Positions 27,660 through 39,030 of a stretch of 64,000 nucleotides of DNA are shown piece by piece. The notes below the pieces were generated by a model, which was not told the DNA's origin, did no database searches, and was given only the letters and a program-made list of their open reading frames with translations. The position numbers were made by a program, and so were the translations under genes. How positions within the stretch are numbered: the stretch's first letter is position 1; the number at the start of each line of letters is the position of its first letter. The DNA is from the human T2T-CHM13v2.0 reference genome, Homo sapiens: the NCBI RefSeq assembly GCF_009914755.1, contig NC_060928.1; one strand, written 5' to 3'.

Positions 27660-28205
27660 GTAATAATAACACTCTACTGCACTCACAGCTTTGCATCTGT
27701 CATTTCATGTAATCCTCAGGGTAGTCTTAGAAATAAACTTTCATATGGCATACTGGTTAAGAGCAAGCACTGGGGTCAGACAGACTTGTTTTAAATTCCT
27801 GTCCTGACACTTACCATGTGACTCTGTGCTTTGGTTTTCTCATTTGTAAAATGGGAATAAGAATACAACTTATCCCATAGGCTGATTGTGAGAATATTGA
27901 GCTAATACATATTAAGCACTTGGTTCCTGTACCTGGAACAAAGTATGTTTTTAGGAAATATGAACAATTATCCCTGTTTTGCAAAAGAAAACATTAATTC
28001 CTTTGCTCCAAGTGACAGAGCTGGCTAAGTGGCAAGGCCAGCAATCAAAGTTATGTCTGTCTGACTCCCCAAACCCTTGCTCTTTGGCACATCACCTCAA
28101 GGAAAGGGATCTTTGCCTGTTTGCTGGTATAGTTTTAGGACCACAAACAGGTCTTAATGCAAAGTAAGTTTTCAAATGAACATATGTTGAATGGATGGAT
28201 GAATT
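27660..28205. mobile_element. MIR/L2 cluster (a + strand MIR at about 27745-27965 within a - strand MIR, then an L2 end)
   Basis: 'ggttaagagcaagcactggggtcagacagactt...tttctcatttgtaaaatgggaataa', plus 'ccaagtgacagagctggctaagtggca' and 'ttgaatggatggatgaa'. Confidence 0.6.
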
Positions 28206-30079
28206 ATGCTATATTGCCTCATCATATTCTTTTGTTCTCTCTCTAAGACATTCTTTCACAAAGAAGGGATCTGATAAACTCAACCACACTAGGGAGAAAA
28301 TGTAACTTGTAAGGGCTATGAACATTTCCCTTTTTTAACTTGGGAAAATGTCTGACAATGTAAGACATTTCCCATTGTGGAATTTCAACTCCTGTGCAAC
28401 TGCACAGTTAAAATTAGTGGGCAACTGCCTTCAATGCACAGGTATAAAGTTGGCTGTTCTTATTCGGAAGCCAAACTGCTTATCTTCTCACTACTTCTGA
28501 GACAATATAAGAGGCTATAATGCCCGTCCTGCTATTTGCCCTATAGTTTGAGGAATCTCACAGGAAGGGTGAAACAGACAAATGAGATAGGGGGCATGCT
28601 TCTTTCCCAGTTGCTTTTTTCTGTGATCACTTTATTTATACACATGGTAGCCTAGAGGAGGAACTATCATACAGGTGCTACCTTGCTGTTTCTTTAATTT
28701 AAGCTAATGCTCTGAACCTAGAGAGAGTCCAGAAACAGATATTCCCCCTTCTTTTTTGCTTATAAAAGGAAAATTACTTCTAAATCTTTAATTCAAAATG
28801 GCAAACACTCCAAAACAACGAATTCTCCTCCTATTAAAATAGCCTGTTTATTTAAATTGCAATGCACGATTGTAAATGGAATACATTGCTTGAATTATAG
28901 GGCCCTTTTCCTGCACTATGCATGCATCTGAAATGGAAGGATGCCCTCTGCTGGGTTGGACACCTGGTGAAATGTAATTTTAAGGGAGGAAAAGAAGCTG
29001 ATGTTGGTAATTTCCTTAACATCTGTGGTGTTTTAAACAGACACATGAAACCATTTGATTTAGTTTAAATTTAGATGGGTGAGAAAAATCAAGATTTGTG
29101 AATCATCTGCACAATACAATTTTTTTATAGGAAGGAGAGAGAAAAATAGAAAAACAGACAGAAACAGCCAGAGAATGAGGTAGACAGAGGCAGAAAGTGA
29201 GGCATCTGGAGGCAGACTGGGGGAGATGGGACGGAGAACAAGAGAACATTTTGTAGCTCCCTTTGCATTACTGTCAGTGTTACCCAATCCAGGGTGGGGG
29301 GTGCCAGAGAAATTTAGTTATCTTCATCGAAGTGAAAATAACAGAGTTTAATGGACAAGAAGAATTACAAGGACACTAAGCTCTTTTTTTCCTGATGACT
29401 CTCTTCCCCAACCAAACTAAAAAATGAAGATGGAAGCAATGAAACAGTCAAGGAAAAAAAAATACTTTAGAAGGTAAATCTGCACTGCCCTTGGATACTC
29501 CACAGTGGGGGGCAGGGGAGCAAATTCAGTTTGGAACTTGCTTAAGGCAACTGTTTCATTATTTTGCATCAGAAATTTTTTTTTACACAAAACAAGATTG
29601 TGTTCAAGTAGTTACAACATAAATTATCTTAGAAATGCCAGTGGGAAATAAATTAGAAATAGTGGCCTGTCTGGACCAATCATGAGCCTCCACAGTAGAA
29701 ATCCACAAAACCCACATTGGAATGGAGCTATAAAATGTAGAATGAACCTAAGTGGGGTCTCTGGTGACAGAGAGAGGAATAGAAGGGCTATTGATAAAAA
29801 TAGATTTCTTAACTACCTGATATTGAGGTGGGACTGATTGATAATTCTATATATGTTTAAAGTACTGCATTATTCTATTTAAGAGTAAAGACCACTAGTA
29901 TTGAGCGTAATTCCTTTGCTGCAAGTGACACAGCTAGGTTACAAACTAGAAACACAAACTGTAGGTATATTTCTAAGGAACACTCACAAAATTTCTCAGC
30001 AGACATGGGTGCCCAAGGAAGCTTCTGCCATAGTCAAGAAGGAGTTGGCTCCAGAAATCCACTGCATTTGTTGTGATTC

Positions 30080-30845
30080 ACCTGTTGCTCTGCAGCCTCA
30101 CCAGCATTTGGTGTTGTGAGTCTTCTGGATATTAGCCATTCTAATAGATGTGTAGAGATATCTCATTGTTGCTTTAATTTGCCTTTCCCTAATGACATAT
30201 GATGTGGAACATCTTTTTAATATGCTTATTGGTCATCTGCATATCTTATTTGGTTAGGTGTCTGTTAAGGTCTTTGGCTCATGTTTAAGTCAAGTTTTTT
30301 GTTTTCTTATTGTTGAGGTTTAAGAGTTCTTTGTATATTTTGGATGACAGCTCCTTACTAGATATGTCTTTTGCAGGTATTTTCTTAAGTCTGTGGCTTG
30401 TCTTTTCGTTCTCTTGACAATGTCTCTTAAGAGCAAAAATTTTTTAAGATTAATGAAGTTCACTTTGTCACCTTATGCATAATTTCTTTCATGCATCCTA
30501 CTTTTGATGTTGTATCTAACAAATCATCACCAAACCCTAGATCATCTAGATTTGCTCCTAGTTATCTTCTAGGAGTGTTATAGTTAACATGTGACATTTA
30601 AGTCTTTATATTGAGTTCATTTTTGTGAAGGAATAATGTTTGTGTCTAGATTAATTTTATTTTGCATATGGATGCTCAGTTGTTCTAGGCCCCTTTGTTG
30701 AAAAGACTATCTTTTCTTTATTGAAATGCCTTTGCTGTGTTGTCAAAGATGAGTTGACTATGTTTATATGGATCTATTTCTGGGTTCTATACTGTTTCTA
30801 TAAATCTATACTGTTCTATTGGCCATTTATCTATTCTTTTACTAA
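30080..30845 (-). mobile_element. L1MB-type ORF2 fragment
   Basis: 'cctcaccagcatttggtgttgt...ttagccattctaatag...tttgttgaaaagactatc'. Confidence 0.8.
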
Positions 30846-30849
30846 CTTA

Positions 30850-31720
30850 ATCCAAATTTTTTGGAAATATTTCTTTTATATCTCACTTAATATGCTCAAT
30901 ATTTGTCTTTTTGAGTATATAGGATATAGGTATAACAACCGTTTCAACCTACTTATCTGACAATTGTATCTGTGTCAGTTCTAGTTGATTTCAATTGATT
31001 GATATTTTTCTTCATTTTTAGTCATGTTTTTCTATTTTTATGCCTACTTGGTAATTTTTGTTTAGATGTCACATATTGTGAATTTTACCTTGTTAGGTAA
31101 AAATATTCATTGTTGGGATAATTTTTTATACCTATACATATTCTTCAGCTTTTTGCTGAGATACAGTTAAGTTTCTTAGAAAGAGTTTGAGCCTTTGGGT
31201 TTTGTTTCTTAAGGTTTTCTAGTCAGGGCCAGAATAGTGTTTGGTCTAAAGCTAACTGTTTCCAGTACTGATCAAGATCTTGTGAGCACTTTACTCAATG
31301 CCCCATGAATTATGAGGTTTTCCAGTCTTACTGTTGGGAACAGGTACTATTTTAGGTCCTTTTCCTAGATAATGTCTCCTTTAATTCTTTCAGATAGTTA
31401 TTTTGCTTGCCTTGAGTGGTTTTCTTAGATGAAGATACTGATCAGCACTCTGCTGAGCAGCCAGTCTGGGCCCTCTACTTATATCCAGAGTTCTCAGTGA
31501 AGCTCTTTACTCTCTAAAACTCTATCCTGTTAACTCTAGCCATCTTGGTCTTCCGACTCTCAAGTCTGTTTCCTCAATTCAGGAAGTACCCCAGCCCTCC
31601 TGTACACAGCTTGGAAAACGTGTCATGGCAGTCAGCTTGGGTAGCCATAGAGCTCATCATCTATTTTCTACATCTCTGAGATCATCATTCATTATTGTCT
31701 GATGTCCAATATTATAAAAT
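30850..31720 (-). mobile_element. Old L1M 5'/ORF1-region fragment
   Basis: Degenerate L1M-like T-rich sequence, e.g. 'ttactcaatgccccatgaattatgaggttttccagtct'. Confidence 0.45.
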
Positions 31721-32721
31721 CAAAGGTTAAAACATTATTATTGTTTATCAAAATAAAACAATTGGTCTACTTTCTGGCAAAATAACAAAGTAAAATAAAA
31801 TTTTTAGGCTAGATGACTATAACAGTTATAAATTACATTCATTTCTGAGTAATAATGGTTCTTTTCCACACACACACACTAAACAACAATGAAACTTAAA
31901 TCTTTAAAATCTAGGAGGTTTGTATTTTTTTCTCATATGCAAAATGTACAGAAAAGTGCACTGGAGAGAGTATAAAGTTTTATGATACAATCTAGGACCA
32001 CTTTCTAATTTTCAGTTCTGCCATTCTTAGCACAGGTCTTCCATCCTCAAGTTCTCCTAATAGTATAAGGTAGTTACTGAAACTCTTGCCATCATACCTG
32101 TATTCCATTCAGAAATGGAATAAAAAAGAAAAGCAAAAAAGTACCTCCTTCTTAAAAGAAGGAAGTTCCTTTTCAAAGAGTTTTTTTTTATTTTTTCAGG
32201 AATCTCACCCAACTTCCACTTGCATTTTATTGTTAACCTTTAGTAGCAAAGAAGGATAGGAATATAATATTCTAGATGTCACATTGATAGGCTTAAAAAA
32301 TAAGGTATTTCTTAGTACTGCATAGAAAAGAGAGATCATAGATATTGGGTAGGCAGTTAGTGTCTGCCAAGGTGATCAAAGCTCATTTTGACTAGAACAA
32401 TTCTTCAAGCTGTATGTGTTTCTCATTAGTTATTTTCATGTAGTCAATGATTCCCTAGTATCTACTCTGTTAATAAGGGCTGCAGAGATGGTGGGGAGCC
32501 TTTGGTAAATTTGTTGTTTCTGTATGGGAGTGTTATTATAATTATATAAAATAATAACTAGTGTCATAAACCATTAACAGAAAGTTAAGTGCTTTGTTAT
32601 GTTTTGAAAGTGTTCTGTTTTAAACCATGTGAAAGTATTTAACATCTGCATGTGAGAAGTAATTTTTAAATTTTGGGGTCATGGGAGTCTTTGAATATCT
32701 GCTGAAAGATGTTGATATTTT

Positions 32722-35164
32722 TGTTTTTGTCTGTTTTCACACTGCTATAAAGAACTACCTGAGACTGGGTAATTTATGAAGAAAAGAGGTTTAATTGACT
32801 CACAGTCCTGCAGGCTTAACAGGAAGCACAGTTGGAAGACCTCTGTAATGTAAGCTGCTGTTTCTGAAAGCATACAGTCATATGCATTCACAAAGAGAAC
32901 TTACAATCATGGCAGAAGGTGAAGGGAAAGCAAGCATGTCTTTACAATGGTGGAGCACGGGAGAGAGAGGGATCGAGAGAGCAAAGTGGGGAAATGCCAC
33001 ACACTTCCAAACAACCAGATCTCGTGAGAACCTGCTATCATGAGAACAACAACGGGGAAGTCTGCCTCCATGATTCAATCACCTCCCATCAGGTCCCTCC
33101 CTGGCACACAGGCATTACAATTTGAGATGAGATTTGGGTGGGGATACAGGGCCAAACCATATCATTACATCCCTGGACTCTCCCAAATCTCATGTCCTTC
33201 TCACATTTTAAAACACAGTCATGCCTTCCCAACCGTCCCCCACAGTCTTAACTCATTCCTGCATTAACCCAAAAGTCTAAGTTCAAAGTCTCATTTGAGA
33301 CAAGACAACTCCCTTCAATCTATGAGCCTGTAAAATCAAAAACAAGTTAGTTACTTCTAAGATACAGGGATCAGATAAAGGCTCCCATTCAAAAAGGGAA
33401 AATTGGCCAAAACCAAGGGACTACAGGCCACATGCAAGTCCAAAACCCAGCAGGGCAGTTGTTAAATCTTAAAGCTCCAAAATAATCTCCTGTGACTCCA
33501 TGTCTCACATCCAGGGTATGCTAATGCAAGGGGTGGGCTCCCAATGCCTTGGGCAGTTCTGCCTCTGTGGCTCTGCAGAGTACAGTCCCAGAAGCTGCTT
33601 TCATGGGCTGGTATTGAGTGTCCGCAGCTTTTCCAGACACATGGTACAAGCTGTCAGTGGATCTATCATTCTGGGGTCTGGAGAACGATGGCCTTCTTCT
33701 CATAGCTCCACTGGGCAGTGCTACAGTGGAGCTATGAGGGGGCTCCAACCTCACATTTCCCCTCAGCACTGTTCTAGTAAAGGTTCTCCATGAGGACTCT
33801 ACCCCTCTGGCTGACTTCTACCTGGACATCCAGGCGTTTCCTTATATCCTCTGAAATCTAAGAGGAGGTTCCCAAACCTGAATTTTTCCTTCTGCATACT
33901 TGCAGGCCCAACACCATGTGGAAGCTGCCAAGGCTTGGGGCTTGCACCCTCTGAAGCCATGTCCCAAGCTATATTTTGTCCCCTTTTAGCCAAAGCTGGA
34001 GCTGGAGTTGCTGGGATGTAGAGCAACATGTCCCAAGGCTGTACAGAGCAGTGGGGCCCTGGGGATGGCCCATGAAATTATTTTTTCCTCCTAGGCCTCT
34101 GGGTCTGTGATGGGAGGGACTGCTCTGACGGTCTCTGAAATGCCCTGGAGACATTTTCCTCATTGTCTTGGCTATTAACATTCAGGTCCTTTTTACGTAT
34201 GCAAATTTCTTCAGCCAGCAGCTTGAATTTCTCCCCAGAAAATCAGTTTTTCTTTTCTACCACATGGTCAGGCTGCAAGTTTTCCAAATTGTTATGCTCT
34301 TCTTCCCTTTTAAACATAAGTTCCAATTTCAGACAATCTCTTCGTGAATGCATATGACTGTATGCTTTCAGAAACAGCTGGGTTACATCTTAAATGCTTT
34401 GCTGCTTAGAAATTTCTTCTGCCCGGATACCCTAAATCATCAATTTCTAGTTAAAAGTTCTGCAAATCTCCAGGGCAGGGGAAAGATGCCACCAGTCTCT
34501 TTGCTATAGAGTGACCTTTACTCCAGTTCCCAAAAAATTCCTCAAGTTCATTTGAGACCACTTCAGCCTGGACATCATTGTCCATATCACTATCAACATT
34601 TTGGTCAAGTCCATTCAACAAGTTTCTAGGAAGTTCCAAACTTTCCCATATCTTTCTCTCTTCTTCTGAGCCCTCCAAACTGTTCCAAAGTCTGCCCATT
34701 ACCCAGTTCCAAAGTACCTTCCACATTTTTATATATGTTTATAGCAATGCTCCACTACCAGTACCAATTTCCTGTATTAGTTCATTTTCACACTGCTATA
34801 AAGAACTACCTGAGACTGGGTAATTTGTGAAAAACAGAGGTTTAATTGACTCACATTTCCACAGGCTTAACAGGAAGCATGGTTGGAAGACCTTAGGAAA
34901 CTAATAATCGTGGCAGAAGGTGAAGGGAAAGCAAGCATGTCTTTACCATGGCAGAGCAGGAGAGAGAGTGAGTGAGTGAAGGGAAAAGTTCCACCCACGT
35001 TCAAAAAACCAGATCTCAGGAGAACTCACTCACTGTCATGAGAACAACAAGGGGAAAATACACTCCCGTGATTCAATCACCTCCCACCAGGTCCCTCCCA
35101 TGACCCATGGGAATTACAATTTGAGATGAGACAAATATGGTTGGACACAGGGCCAACCATATCA
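32722..35164 (-). mobile_element. Two-LTR MaLR element MSTA (LTR 32722-33164, MST-int 33165-34772, LTR 34773-35164)
   Basis: Two direct ~400-bp repeats 'ttttcacactgctataaagaactacctgagactgggtaattt...aaccatatca' flank a THE1/MST-type internal region, which accounts for ORFs 33500-34823. Confidence 0.93.
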
Positions 35165-35324
35165 TTATACTTCTGTACCTTTCCAAATCTCATGTCTCAA
35201 AAAAAAAATGCTCAAAGACAGCTAGAAAGTAGGATACACTTCACTAAGAACCATCTCCAAGGTACTTTTTAAGATGGGAAGTTAGTTTTCTAAGAATAAC
35301 TTTAAAAAACATCTCTGATATTGA

Positions 35325-35522
35325 TTCAGGGTTCTTGCTTTGTTGCTCAGGCTGGAGGGCACTTACACAATCTTGGCTTACTGCAATCTCTGACTCCAGC
35401 TCAAGCGATCTCCCCACCTCAGCCTCCCAAGTATCTGGCACCAGAGGTGTGAGCCACCATGTCTGGCTAATTTTTAAATTTTTTGTAGAGGTGGGGTTTC
35501 ACCATTTGCCCAGGCTTGTCTT
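35325..35522 (-). mobile_element. Partial old Alu (AluJ-like)
   Basis: 'ttgctcaggctggag...ctcaagcgatctccccacctcagcctcccaagta...ttgcccaggct'. Confidence 0.85.
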
Positions 35523-35969
35523 TGAGCATTTTATTTAGCAATGTGTGACCCATTTCATCACATGTACTATCATAGCTAATTTTCATTTTTTATTATTTAA
35601 CTATGGAACTGATGAAATTTAGGTTTTTATTACTCTTCCTTTTTATTTGTTATCTTCATTTCTTTTTGGTCACTTGTTTGATCATTAGAAATTCCATCAG
35701 AGATCTGGTTGGAGGAAAGTCTCATGAACATTCAAATCTTCTTTTATTGTTTTGGATCTTATTTGGTAATAGGCAAGATAAGTGTTAAATCTTCAAGCTT
35801 TGTTGTTTAAAGCCACGAAGTGTTTGTTCTGGCCTTCAGATAGTACAGGGATAGAGAAATTTAAAATTTAGAACAAAAGCCAGACTTTTAGAATTTAAGC
35901 AGTTGCTTGTGTGATTGCTCCTCTGTCCCTTTTTCCTGGATAACTCAGGATAGTTTTTAGTCATAAGAA

Positions 35970-36215
35970 CAATGACAATGATAGTAAAAGCTAATTTGAA
36001 TGTCATACTCTGCTAAGCATGTTACATGCATTATCTCTTACTTTTGAAAATAATACTGTGAATGGCACTGTTATCATCTTTCAAAACCCAAATTTTATAC
36101 TTGAAGTAACTTAAGCTTAGAGAAGCTAAGACACTATTTAATCATCTTCAGATCACAATGGGTGTAGCCATGATTCAAATTTAGGTGTGTCTGGCTATTG
36201 CTTGAGCTTTTAAAA
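35970..36215 (-). mobile_element. MIR SINE
   Basis: 'tgctaagcatgttacatgcattatctc...aagcttagagaagctaag...gattcaaatttaggtgtgtctg'. Confidence 0.6.
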
Positions 36216-37421
36216 GTTGAGGACTCAAAGTTCTAATCAATTGACAATGGCCTTCAGTTCTACTCTTTAGCAGCATATTTACATGCTGAATTACTTCACC
36301 ACTTGAAATGATTCCATATTCAAAATTGTGAACTTAGTAACGTCCTGCTTTGGTCACAATTTTCTGTCCTTTAGTCTCTTCCATTTGTTCCCCTATTGAA
36401 CTTTCTCATCATTGGCATTTTTAATCTTTACTCCTTTACAATTTCTCTTAGCTTATAGTCACAATTTTGTTTTCACTTGTCTCCTTACCTTACTAGATTC
36501 AGAAATATAATAATAGCCAGTCTATAGTCACTTGTTGCTGAAGTTCTATAGACTTTCCAAGTTTGCTAGTTCCCAGTTCTGTGCAAACCCCTCCAGTTGT
36601 TTTTTCTTTCTTACTCCACATTGCCATGGGCATGAATTTAGAAAATCCCCAAACCATAACAAAGAGATATACAACAAGGTTGTATTGTCAGCGTTATCTA
36701 GGCCCATTACTTCATTTTTCTATTAATATCTTGTTAGTTTTCTATTGTGATCCACATAACAAATTGCTCAACATCTTTTCTAATTTCCCCAAACAGAAGT
36801 TCCATTGCCATTTCCTGTTTCTTCACTTTCACAGCTCTAATCTTGTAAAGTCTTTTCATTTTGGGGGTCCTTGCCGATGTTTTTTTTTTCTTGACATTAA
36901 AAAAATACCACAGAACCACACTCCAGTATTCGTTTCTTATTCCAATACTCTGCTTTTGATTAATGGCCTCACAATTCCCCCACTTACTCAGTTTTCTTTG
37001 ACTCCACCTACTTTCTCTTGCCTCATATCTAGTCAGTTGCCAAGATTTATTGTAGTATATGTGGATCTCTATTTTGCAAGTTTTAAGAACTCACCTAAGT
37101 GGGTATATCAAAGTAAAGTAGAGGCAGACATATTTGCATGCAAGGATAAACTCTTTTTCTTACTGGTTATATTTGATGGATAGGTTATTTGATCCCCTTT
37201 CAATGAAGATAATAGAATACTTACAGTTTTGGATATTGTGAAGATGAAATGAGATGAAGCATAAAAACTCACAGTGGCTAGAACATGATGCACACTCAGT
37301 AAACATTTGCTAAAATAAAATATTACTAAGGCTAGAGCATGTTCTAGGGGTGTGCATACAACAAAGCACAAACAAATTGGTGGCTATCTGCACAACAATG
37401 TACCAAAGTGCATGCTACAGT

Positions 37422-38018
37422 TGTTATAGAACCAACGTTTCATATGGCCACTGCACAGAAACAGACCAATTGCACTGAGACAGCAGGGTTTGCAGCAGAG
37501 AAAGAGTTTAATGATTGCAGGGTACCAAATGAGGGGATGAAAAAAGACTCTCAAATCCATCTCCTTGAGGAGTTCTGGGCTGGGGTTTTTAAGTGGATCA
37601 TGGAGGGTAGGGGGCTGGAAAATTGGGATTGATTGGTCAGGGTAGGAGGGATGAAATCATCAAAATGTGGAAACTGCATTCTTTGATGAGTCATCTTCTT
37701 GTGGGTTCCTTTATTAGACCTGCTGAAGTCAGTAGTTTCACTGGTTTGAAGGACCTGAAAGAAAACCTCAAAGGGAAAACTGAACAAGATTTCATAATTT
37801 TTAAGTGTTTATCTATAGAGCATTAATGGGAACTATAATCTTGTAACAGGGTCTAGGTGATTCTGAGGCAATTGGTACCAAACAGCTATGATGAGCAAGG
37901 TCAGAGAGCAAGCTGATCTAATCACTAATGCGGAATGTGCTGTGAGCTTGGTTTCATTTCATTTCTTCCCCCAACTTCTTTCCTGATTAATTTTATGAAG
38001 TTTATAGGGCCGGTTTCA
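37422..38018 (-). mobile_element. ERV1 LTR (LTR8/MER4 group, LTR8B-like)
   Basis: Reverse complement begins TGAAACCGGCCCTATAAACTTCATAAAATTAATCAGG and ends ...TAACA. Contains 'gggtttgcagcagagaaagagtttaatgattgcaggg'. Confidence 0.7.
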
Positions 38019-39030
38019 GTCCCTCTGGGCTGGATCATACCTCAATCCTGAAGCGAGAGCTAAGACCACTCTTATTGCTTCCTGCTTGCAAGAGGCATAG
38101 TCAGGGTAAGAGTCGGGATTAGAGGAACGAAACTGCCTGGAAGTAACCATTAAGCACTCATGAATGCCTGGTTGGGGATCTTGGGGCTGTGGCATAAACA
38201 CATTAGTGTTCCTGTCCATTGGCTTAGCATAGAATTTAATTGAACACCAGAGTATAAGATATATTACAAGCCCTATTGTCAGAATTGTGAGTTAAATTTC
38301 AAAAGTCCTTGTAAAATAGACTGAAAACCTTGAGATCTTATTGCCACAAGTCTGTTCTGTTTGTCTTATGATCTCTGTTTTAACATTAAATCTGGTCAGT
38401 TGTGTTTAGACTTCAAAAGGGTGGTATGACTACCTGCCCTGGGTCCATCCTGTACCTCAGTGGGACTCCTATGGCCAAGGGACTTAGAGCCAAAAGACAT
38501 ATAACCATTTAAATTTTCCAAGATAGATGGGAATGGAGGTGCACAGGCATTCATTAATCCATAAAAACCTTTTGAGCATTGTAGGAGCCAAAAACTAAAA
38601 ACCAAAAAGTAAGGTTACAAAACTGACTCATCTATAAGTCTACGATAGTCCCTGGGCCTAGAGGGATTGAATAGTTTTAATATCTGGCTCTGTGCCTCAT
38701 GAAAGCAATTTATTGTCACCTCCTGGGTTTAGAGACAAGGCTGTGGTTAAATTGAGTTTGTCATCAGATATTGGTGTCAATGTCTAAGATTTAGCAGGAA
38801 TTAGTGCCCTTTTCAGTTATGTGTACCTAGGAGTCAAAGACCTGAGACTTAACAGCCCAATGATTAATTAATAGCACCTAATAATGTATCCTTTGTGATT
38901 TAATAACACCTAATAAAGGACTCTTTCCAAGGGCTGGAGGGAAGCCTTTAACAGATGTCTCTTCCAGCATATGTAATTATCAGGCTGGAGGCAGTGATAC
39001 CGGAGTCCACGGTCTTACTGGAAACTGTAA
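38019..39030 (-). mobile_element. ERV1 internal remnant (MER4-group int) adjoining the LTR
   Basis: Directly abuts the LTR with a purine-rich tract on the - strand. Contains 'ctatggccaagggacttagagccaaaagac'. No second LTR was seen. Confidence 0.5.

Noticed and set aside
29500-29520. ccacagtggggggcag as a CTCF or G-quadruplex site
   Set aside because: It mismatches core CTCF positions and has only two G-runs.
33500-34823. Cluster of overlapping ORFs on both strands
   Set aside because: They fall within decayed, GC-richer MaLR internal sequence and show no intact gag or pol.
36563-37183. 206-aa ORF
   Set aside because: It has a non-ATG start, an F/L/S-rich composition typical of T-rich noncoding DNA, and no recognisable domain.
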